Shown here one piece after another: positions 1 through 6,558 of a DNA stretch of 45,318 nucleotides; position 1 is the stretch's first letter; each line of letters starts with the position of its first letter. Source of the DNA: Candidatus Scatousia excrementigallinarum (GTDB taxonomy: Bacteria > Cyanobacteriota > Vampirovibrionia > Gastranaerophilales > Gastranaerophilaceae); NCBI GenBank assembly GCA_018711035.1, contig DVIU01000135.1, positions 1 through 45,318 of the forward strand, in the 5' to 3' direction. Made by a program: the position numbers and the translations under genes. The notes below the pieces were generated by a model that had not been told where the DNA came from, did not search any database, and worked only from the letters and a program-made list of their open reading frames with translations.

Positions 1-1
1 G

Positions 2-796
2 TTTGATATTGAAGCATCCCATCACGAAAACTCAGCCGGACAGCATGAAGTCGACTTCAAATATACAGATATTCTTACTGCGGCAGATAATGTTGTAACA
101 TTCAAAATTGCAGTAAAAGCTATAGCTGCAAAACATAACCTTCATGCAACATTTATGCCTAAACCGATTTATGGAGTTAACGGTTCGGGTATGCATTGCA
201 ATATTTCATTATTCAAGGATGGTAAAAATGCTTTCTATGATGAAAATACAGACTCCCAGCTTTCAGATATTGCAAAATATTCTATCGGAGGAATGTTGAA
301 ACACGTAAAAAGTATTACTGCAATATTAAATCCGACGGTAAACAGCTACAAGCGTCTTGTTCCGGGATATGAGGCTCCCGTATACCTTGCATGGTCTTTA
401 GCTAACAGAAGTGCGCTTTTAAGGGTGCCTGCAAAACGCGGAAACGCAACAAGAGTAGAACTCCGCTCTCCGGATCCTTCGTGTAATCCTTATCTCGCTT
501 TTGCAGCTATACTCGAAGCTTGTTTGGACGGCGTTAGAAATAAAATTGATCCTCCGGCTCCTGTTGAAAGTAATATTTATAAATTAACAACAAAAGAACG
601 TAAGAAACAACGAATTGATGCACTCCCCGGCAGTCTTGCAGAAGCTCTGGAACAACTTGATAAATCTCTTGTCGGGCCTGCTGCTCTCGGAGAACATGTA
701 TTTCATGAGTTTATGTCCGCTAAGAGAAAAGAATGGGATTCTTTTAGAACTTATGTTTCACAGTGGGAAATCGACAGATATCTCGAAAGATTCTAA
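2..796 (+). CDS. glnA: Glutamine synthetase type I, C-terminal 264 aa (5' end lies upstream of the window)
   Basis: Frame 2 is open from nt 2 (FDIEASHHENSAGQHEVDFKYTD...) and continuous with tracked ORF 155..796. GS catalytic-domain signatures NGSGMHCN, NSYKRLVPGYEAP, RSPDPSCNPYL. Stop TAA at 794-796 is followed by a hairpin. Confidence 0.93.
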   Translation, partial: FDIEASHHENSAGQHEVDFKYTDILTAADNVVTFKIAVKAIAAKHNLHATFMPKPIYGVNGSGMHCNISLFKDGKNAFYDENTDSQLSDIAKYSIGGMLKHVKSITAILNPTVNSYKRLVPGYEAPVYLAWSLANRSALLRVPAKRGNATRVELRSPDPSCNPYLAFAAILEACLDGVRNKIDPPAPVESNIYKLTTKERKKQRIDALPGSLAEALEQLDKSLVGPAALGEHVFHEFMSAKRKEWDSFRTYVSQWEIDRYLERF

Positions 797-808
797 ATTA
801 GAAAGCAT

Positions 809-836
809 AAAAGCCTCTCATAATGAGAGGCTTTTT
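809..836. terminator. Hairpin (12-bp stem, 3-nt loop) with flanking A/T runs between convergent glnA and the DUF512 gene
   Basis: aaaagcctctca / taa / tgagaggctttt followed by T. The stop codon of the minus-strand gene (818-820) lies inside the stem. Confidence 0.7.
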
Positions 837-2101
837 AAATATTCAGTAAGCTCCTTCATTGAGTAAATATTTTGAATCACAAAAAACTCCTTGCCGGTCT
901 TTTCTCTGACATAAGAAAGAGTCTTCCCGTCAAGAAAATCCTCGCTATATGGTCTCATCATTACTGAAGGAATTACAACAAAATCGCCGGATTTGCCTTT
1001 CAAAGCTTCTATCAAATCATCTGTAGTAATCAAGCCTGCAACTGTAATATCTCGTCCCCAATAGTTAGACCTAACAGGAACAACTTCTGTTTCAAGATTT
1101 TTAATTTTATCAAGTTTCAGACAAATCTCATCGAGTGCTTTTTGGGCCGCGAAAGATGTGGCAAAGATGATTTTTAAAGGCGATTTAAGGGATTCAGGAA
1201 GTTTCAATTTCTTAAAATCCTCCAGAAGCATTCTTATTGACCCAACACCATCTTCAAGCTGTGAAAAATTCCCGTAGTATTTTGCAGGCGGAATTTCTCT
1301 GTCCGCCAGCAGAAAAAACTCATCAGAACAACAAACCTTTTTATATTTAGAAGCAATCTCAAGTGTTTCTATTGCACAGGCTTTATCAACCTGTTTAAGT
1401 TCCTCCACACGAAATTGCGTCACGCCGACAGGCACGATAGCAACTGAAAGTACAGTATTTTTAAGTTCTGCCAAATCAGAAAGGGTTCTTTCAAGTTCCG
1501 CCCCGTCATTGTAGCCCGGACAAAGAACTATCTGTGCGTGAAAAGGTATTTTATTTTTCCTGAACCATTTTAAATTTTCCAATGCATTGCCGGCGTTCGG
1601 ATTTCTGAGCATTTTAACCCTCAGCTCAGGATTTGTTGTGTGCACTGAAACGTAAAACGGGCCCAGATGCATTCTTTTTATTCTATCTTTATCCTTTTCT
1701 GTCAGATTTGTAAGGGTAATATAAGTGCCCTGAAGATAGGAAAGTCTGTAATCATCGTCTTTCACATAGAGGGTTTCTCTCAAACCTTTCGGCTGCTGGT
1801 CGACAAAGCAAAAAATACATTTATTCAGACAGGGCTTTACTCTGTCAAAAACTGCACTCTCAAATACAATGCCCAAGTCCTCATCATAATCTTTTTCAAG
1901 CTCAACAACTTCAATTTCGCCGTTTTTTTTCTTAATTTCAATAGTAAGCAAATCAGTTTTACAAAGATAATTATAATCAATCATATCGGACATTGCTGTC
2001 TCATCAATAGAAACAATCTCATCACCTGCTTCTATTTCAAGTTCTTCAGCTATAGAGCCTTCCAAAACTTTATTTACGATAGCGCTCATTATCTTTTTCA
2101 A
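818..2101 (-). CDS. PDZ + radical SAM + DUF512 family protein
   Basis: 427-aa ORF with an N-terminal PDZ-like segment (GSIAEELEIEAGDEIVSID) and radical-SAM cluster motif CLNKCIFCF (CxxxCxxC). Start may be Met1 (2101) or Met5 (2089). The 5' end overlaps the upstream PadR-like gene. Confidence 0.8.
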   Translation of the reverse strand: MKKIMSAIVNKVLEGSIAEELEIEAGDEIVSIDETAMSDMIDYNYLCKTDLLTIEIKKKNGEIEVVELEKDYDEDLGIVFESAVFDRVKPCLNKCIFCFVDQQPKGLRETLYVKDDDYRLSYLQGTYITLTNLTEKDKDRIKRMHLGPFYVSVHTTNPELRVKMLRNPNAGNALENLKWFRKNKIPFHAQIVLCPGYNDGAELERTLSDLAELKNTVLSVAIVPVGVTQFRVEELKQVDKACAIETLEIASKYKKVCCSDEFFLLADREIPPAKYYGNFSQLEDGVGSIRMLLEDFKKLKLPESLKSPLKIIFATSFAAQKALDEICLKLDKIKNLETEVVPVRSNYWGRDITVAGLITTDDLIEALKGKSGDFVVIPSVMMRPYSEDFLDGKTLSYVREKTGKEFFVIQNIYSMKELTEYLKSLSL

Positions 2102-2597
2102 ACCCTTCTATAATAGTAATCAAATTAGAATACTCACAAATAGTATTATCTAACAATATTTTTTGATAAAAATTCTTATCTGTATATTCATCTTCCAAAA
2201 TCTTTTGTGCACACACTTTAAAATTCATCGCAAGTGATTTCAGCTCAAAGAAAAGCTGTTTACGTTCTTCGTAATCCAAAAATTCGGCACAAGCAAGCTT
2301 AATTTTTGCATTGGTATTGAATTGCAACGGGTTATCACTGAGTTTTTCAAGAGTTCTTCTTTTTAATTCCTGCAATCCTTTTTTGGTTGTTGAATAGTAA
2401 ACAGACAATTTACCGCCATCAGACATCATTTTTCTTGTAGCAATAAAGTCATTAAATTCAAGTCTTCGCAAAGCAGGCTTCAATGCCCCGAAGCTGGGTC
2501 TGGTATAAACTCCAAATTCACTCTCAATACCTTTTTGAATAGCGTACATTGTGAATTCCCGTTTTGACACCATATATAAAATCAACAAGTCAATCAT
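2070..2597 (-). CDS. PadR-like winged-helix transcriptional regulator (long form with C-terminal helical domain)
   Basis: 175-aa ORF. N-terminus follows the PadR pattern (YMVSKREFTMYAIQKGIESEF...PSFGALKPALRRLEFNDFI...YYSTTKKGLQELKR). Call is by motif recognition only. Confidence 0.55.
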   Translation of the reverse strand: MIDLLILYMVSKREFTMYAIQKGIESEFGVYTRPSFGALKPALRRLEFNDFIATRKMMSDGGKLSVYYSTTKKGLQELKRRTLEKLSDNPLQFNTNAKIKLACAEFLDYEERKQLFFELKSLAMNFKVCAQKILEDEYTDKNFYQKILLDNTICEYSNLITIIEGFEKDNERYRK

Positions 2598-2617
2598 ATA
2601 TTTAAAATAGCATAAAT

Positions 2618-2986
2618 TTATTTAATATTCAAAAACCTTAAAAAGCTTCTAATAGCACCGGCCTTATTATGACTGTGGGGAATATTTGATTCCGGATAAT
2701 ATTTTTGGTAATTTCTTATAATATTATCCGGAAGATTTTCGCCACGCTCAAGTGATTGCGAAATCATTTCCATATATTCATCCTGTTCTTCTCTGTACAT
2801 AAAGTCTCTACGGCGCAAATCCTCATCAGCTTCATAATGTACAAGTGCATGATAAGCAGCCTCGATACTTTTATCGCCTGTATCAAACGGAAAATTCTTT
2901 ACAGCCTCGGCAACAGTCAACGCGCCTATCAATACCTTTCTGATTAAAAGTGCAACATACTCTCTGTTATTAAATTGCTGTTCCAT
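2618..2986 (-). CDS. Hypothetical acidic helical protein, 122 aa
   Basis: ORF starts 1 nt after the stop of the BlaI-like gene (2988), implying translational coupling. No family recognised. Confidence 0.6.
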   Translation of the reverse strand: MEQQFNNREYVALLIRKVLIGALTVAEAVKNFPFDTGDKSIEAAYHALVHYEADEDLRRRDFMYREEQDEYMEMISQSLERGENLPDNIIRNYQKYYPESNIPHSHNKAGAIRSFLRFLNIK

Positions 2987-2987
2987 G

Positions 2988-3326
2988 TTACTTTACTAAG
3001 TCAAATTCATTTTCAATAAATCTAATCATACTTACATAATCAGAATTAAAGAATTGCACTGCCAGCTCTTTTACAGAATCCATTGCCATTTCACGTTTAT
3101 TCATTGTAGCTTTATAGAAGAATTTTTTACCAACCTTATAACGCACAAGAATACTTTTAACGGTTAATCTGTCCATAACGGTTTTAATTGTTGTGTATGC
3201 TCTTTCAATACCGTTTTCGGATAAGTCATCAACAACATCCTGAATAGAAATATCTCTGTCTTCATATTCATCTGTCATTCGCCAAATTGAGTTTAAAATG
3301 TCAATTTCTAACTTACCGCACACCAT
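2988..3326 (-). CDS. BlaI/MecI/CopY-family winged-helix repressor-like protein
   Basis: 112-aa ORF matching the family pattern LEIDILNSIW...ISIQDVVDDL...AYTTIKTVMDRLTVKSILVRYKVGKKFFYKA, plus a short C-terminal dimerisation-like helix. Confidence 0.6.
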   Translation of the reverse strand: MVCGKLEIDILNSIWRMTDEYEDRDISIQDVVDDLSENGIERAYTTIKTVMDRLTVKSILVRYKVGKKFFYKATMNKREMAMDSVKELAVQFFNSDYVSMIRFIENEFDLVK

Positions 3327-3411
3327 ATAATTCCTCTACTTTCTTTTTCTAACTAATTACTAACATTGTAACATAAACTTTACGAATTGCAAGCTGCTAA
3401 TATTTAAATTT

Positions 3412-4587
3412 TTACAATTCCATTTCCAAAACATCAGGAACTTTTTTAAAATTACTTTTTCTGGTTCGAAGCTTATTATTTTTCTTTTTTGTTTTTACTG
3501 AAACTTTTCTATATGCATTATCAATGGATATTTTGGATAAAGGTTTTTTCGTTCTTCTGTCGTAAAATGTAAGCCAGAATTTACGGTTAATATTATCAAC
3601 AGCAAACGAAATATGCCCTGCTACTTTATCACCCGGTTTAATCTGTCTGAACATCAATTTTGTATCTCCGAAAATTGAAGGCCGGAATACTGCGTTGTAA
3701 TCGTTTACAAGTGCCAGATCAAGTCCGGAAAAAGTTTTATCTGACATATTTGTAATCATAATTGTTAAAGTTATGGTGTTAGCCTCGCCAAACGGGTCTT
3801 CTTCATGCTTGATATCACTTATCATAATATCAAGACCCGGATAAAAAAGTTCATGCTGCATAAGGGCTGTTTCTCTATATACAGGAAGACTTACTGAAGT
3901 ATTAACTTTAACTTTAATTTCATCTCCCGGTGCAATTAATACATCGTTGCCTTTGCGCATAAGTGCAGCACCAAGCCCGATTGCACCGCCAAGAGCAGCT
4001 CCGCCGGCAAGCGTATATCCCTGCGATGCGATAGCAGCCTCCAGACCTAACCAGTTTAATGCAAGAAAACCTCCTACAGCACCGCCGGCAACTGTATACC
4101 CTAAATCCTGAACAACAATTTTAGAAGTTTGAACAATCGGGTGAAGTTTTGTAGACATTCTGCCCTCTATAGGTATTTCCCTTCCGTCAGGCGTAATAAG
4201 ATAATCGAAGTCGAGAGAAATCTGAGCAGGACGCCCCAATCGCTTTGCTTCCTCAGTTTGAGCTATTCTGCCGTGAGCTATAGTACCTTTAGGGATAATA
4301 ACCCCTGAATCGCCTTCTACATCATTAACAACCTCTGCAAAAAATTCATCGCCTTCCATATTTATATTTGAATCTAAAACCTGAGATACCGTCATATGTA
4401 TAACATCAGAACGCTCAAGAGTCTCAACCTGACCTGTGAATAATTCATCCTGAAGTTTCTGGAGCCGGTCAGTTTTTTCTGCATGACCCTCAAATACCGG
4501 ATCTGCCATTACAGGGGCGTTCATTAATAAAAAAGCGGTTAATATAAATAAAGCTATTCCCTTTCTCATAACAGTATTATACATCAT
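3412..4587 (-). CDS. Secreted/membrane-associated hypothetical protein with a central glycine-zipper segment
   Basis: 391-aa ORF with a signal-peptide-like N-terminus (MRKGIALFILTAFLLMNAPVMA/DP; Met7 at 4569 is an alternative start). A beta-rich segment (GVIIPKGTIAHGRI...ITPDGREIPIEG) is reminiscent of TrbI/VirB10-type folds. Gly-zipper GGAVGG...GGAALGGAIGLGAA. The C-terminal Ig-like segment ends in a Lys-rich tail. Confidence 0.65.
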   Translation of the reverse strand: MMYNTVMRKGIALFILTAFLLMNAPVMADPVFEGHAEKTDRLQKLQDELFTGQVETLERSDVIHMTVSQVLDSNINMEGDEFFAEVVNDVEGDSGVIIPKGTIAHGRIAQTEEAKRLGRPAQISLDFDYLITPDGREIPIEGRMSTKLHPIVQTSKIVVQDLGYTVAGGAVGGFLALNWLGLEAAIASQGYTLAGGAALGGAIGLGAALMRKGNDVLIAPGDEIKVKVNTSVSLPVYRETALMQHELFYPGLDIMISDIKHEEDPFGEANTITLTIMITNMSDKTFSGLDLALVNDYNAVFRPSIFGDTKLMFRQIKPGDKVAGHISFAVDNINRKFWLTFYDRRTKKPLSKISIDNAYRKVSVKTKKKNNKLRTRKSNFKKVPDVLEMEL

Positions 4588-4621
4588 ATAAAAAACATTG
4601 CTACATTTTTACAAATTTATA

Positions 4622-4630
4622 TGATATAAT
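4622..4630 (+). promoter_or_regulatory. Extended -10 element (TGATATAAT) upstream of the 98-aa gene
   Basis: tgatataat at 4622-4630, about 43 nt upstream of ATG 4673. No good -35 at 17-nt spacing. Confidence 0.4.
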
Positions 4631-4672
4631 AATACTCGAGCAAAATTTCTGAAAGAAAAAGGAGAAATTTCA

Positions 4673-4969
4673 ATGGAACAAAAGCGCTGGTATGATATAG
4701 ATCCTGTTGTCAGCCGAGCAATTGCAATGCTTGAAAAATCAGATGAAAATCTGCAAACGATCTGTGCTGAATATGTCATTGATAAGTTAAAGGATATAGA
4801 CTTTAATATGTCTCTTGATGAACAATATAACTATATTCTCCGCAGATGGTACGATAAAAACATAAAAGTTTCACATGCAATGGAATATTTAAAACATGCA
4901 CCTGATGAATTACGCCACGAACTTGCACTGGATATTATTGAATACATAGAAAAAAATACAGAAAAATAA
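4673..4969 (+). CDS. Hypothetical 98-aa protein with an internal RWYD...VS.A...L repeat
   Basis: ATG preceded by AAGGAG with an 8-nt spacer. Two similar ~19-aa segments: KRWYDIDPVVSRAIAMLEK and RRWYDKNIKVSHAMEYLKH. Confidence 0.7.
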   Translation: MEQKRWYDIDPVVSRAIAMLEKSDENLQTICAEYVIDKLKDIDFNMSLDEQYNYILRRWYDKNIKVSHAMEYLKHAPDELRHELALDIIEYIEKNTEK

Positions 4970-4973
4970 ATGC

Positions 4974-5108
4974 TTACCAGTAACAGCCGCCTTCGACCTT
5001 CTCTGCACCTTTCGGGCGTTCGTTTTCATCAGGGCGAATCCAGTAATCATTATATAAAGACTCCTCAAGCACACTATCCCAGCGCGAACAACAAAAATAT
5101 AAAAAGTT
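4974..5108 (-). pseudogene. Ghost 3' fragment (44 codons + TAA) homologous to the C-terminus of the adjacent 315-aa gene
   Basis: Minus-strand translation directly after the TAA at 5109-5111, in the same frame: NFLYFCCSRWDSVLEESLYNDYWIRPDENERPKGAEKVEGGCYW*. It aligns with the intact C-terminus SRWDSWLGKNYYNEYWTRPSKEETPEGVELFEHGTMAYW*. There is no start codon or SD of its own. Confidence 0.6.
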
Positions 5109-6056
5109 TTACCAGTAAGCCATTGTCCCGTGTTCAAAAAGCTCGACTCCTTCCGGAGTTTCTTCTTTCGATGGCCTTGTCCAGTATTCATTGTAATAGT
5201 TTTTACCTAACCAGCTATCCCATCTGGAACCCTTTATTCCAAAAAGGAGCTGAGTTGCCCCCCCCATATGAATGGCTTTTTTACCAAGGCTTTTGACATA
5301 TTGAGCAAGAAACATTCCATACGCACCGGCACCTATTATCGCTATATCAAAATTAATTTTCTTTATATCGGCTTTCATTGCAGCAAGTGCCTCAAACCAG
5401 GTTTTGTATTCTAAATATTTCTTTGCATGTCCTATTCCCTGAACAGGTATACATGTTATTAATTCAAATTCAGGCAAAACATCCGGATTTTTAAATAGTT
5501 TATCACGTTTTTCGTACTGCTTTTTGATAGTTTCATCAAACGGATTAATCACTAGAACCTTTTTACCTTCTAAAGCCTTTGACCACGGATTTTTATAACA
5601 AAACGGGTATGAAAAAGCATTAATATCCACAATATCAGCGTGCTGCAAATACAGGCCGACAACTTTACGTTCGTATCTCTCAGGGCGGCTCGCTAACACA
5701 TCAACATCCTTTAAAATTTCAAATTGTTCACAAGCAAACCTTGTCATATTATAATCATCTATCGGAAAAAATCCTGCCGTATTTGAAAACAAATCTTTGT
5801 GCCATTTATTATATTTAGGATTACAGCCCTTCGCGTTCAACATCATACGCATTGTATCAAGCTCAAGAGTACCAAATCTGCAAATCATTTCAGGTTTATC
5901 CGATAATATATGATTGGCTACTATCTCATTAGCATCTTCTTGAGTATAAACAAATTTATTACCGGCAGTCAAGCTATTTACAACTTTATGCGGATCAATC
6001 AATTCGCGCTTGCCTCTATAAACATCTAAAAGATACTGAACACACTCAAATCTCAT
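5109..6056 (-). CDS. Putative glycosyltransferase (GT-D / DUF1792-like) containing a G8 tract
   Basis: 315-aa ORF. RFGTLELD resembles the RFGDGE motif. Gly-rich IAIIGAGAYGMFLAQYVKSLGKKAIHMGGA resembles the GT-D nucleotide-sugar pocket. Function is low-certainty; the CDS call itself is solid. Confidence 0.6.
   Translation of the reverse strand: MRFECVQYLLDVYRGKRELIDPHKVVNSLTAGNKFVYTQEDANEIVANHILSDKPEMICRFGTLELDTMRMMLNAKGCNPKYNKWHKDLFSNTAGFFPIDDYNMTRFACEQFEILKDVDVLASRPERYERKVVGLYLQHADIVDINAFSYPFCYKNPWSKALEGKKVLVINPFDETIKKQYEKRDKLFKNPDVLPEFELITCIPVQGIGHAKKYLEYKTWFEALAAMKADIKKINFDIAIIGAGAYGMFLAQYVKSLGKKAIHMGGATQLLFGIKGSRWDSWLGKNYYNEYWTRPSKEETPEGVELFEHGTMAYW
5258..5265 (-). repeat. Homopolymeric G8 (C8 on + strand) inside the 315-aa ORF
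   Basis: Reads cat atg ggg ggg gca on the coding strand (H-M-G-G-A, about residues 263-267). One of only two G/C runs of 8 or more found in the window. Confidence 0.95.
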
Positions 6057-6186
6057 AAATAATAATTCCTTTTTTAAATATCATATAATAGAAAAATATA
6101 AAAATACACTATATTGATTAAAAATATAGCCAAATGTCTATATAATGTGTTAGATTTCTTAATATTTAGCCCGCAATAAAATTTTA

Positions 6187-6546
6187 TTGTTTAATAAACA
6201 TATGACAGATGAAATTAATCGTAAAGTAACGAATATATTTTCAAGACATAATAAAGACTTGCCGCCTGCAAGCAATGAAAAGGTTAAATTCTATGCAGGA
6301 TTCAATTATGTCCGTATTGATAAAGATACAAACGGCAACAAATTTAATGCAGAACATCTTTTAAAATATGCTCAGGGCTGTCATTATATTGTAAGAGTTA
6401 TGAGGGAATATAAAGGAGATACCGTTCTCTATAACTATGATGTTCCTAATAACGATTTGTTTAAATTTATAAAATCTTTTGAAGAAAATACTCTAGACGG
6501 GAAAATTATAGAAATTGAAAAATATTTTCCGGATGAATTAGCATAG
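6187..6546 (+). CDS. Hypothetical protein, 114-119 aa
   Basis: ORF with a TTG at 6187 or ATG at 6202 as start. No clear SD and no family recognised. It ends 12 nt before the radical-SAM gene. Confidence 0.5.
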   Translation: MFNKHMTDEINRKVTNIFSRHNKDLPPASNEKVKFYAGFNYVRIDKDTNGNKFNAEHLLKYAQGCHYIVRVMREYKGDTVLYNYDVPNNDLFKFIKSFEENTLDGKIIEIEKYFPDELA

Positions 6547-6558
6547 CAGGAAGTTAAA

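Noticed and set aside
4910-5296. Tracked ORFs 4970..5296 (+, 108 aa) and 4910..5191 (-, 93 aa)
   Set aside because: Both overlap the 3' end of the well-supported 315-aa gene and the ghost fragment. Their sequences are low-complexity and odd, and they have no SD. The homology-bearing frame is the third one (4974-5108, minus).
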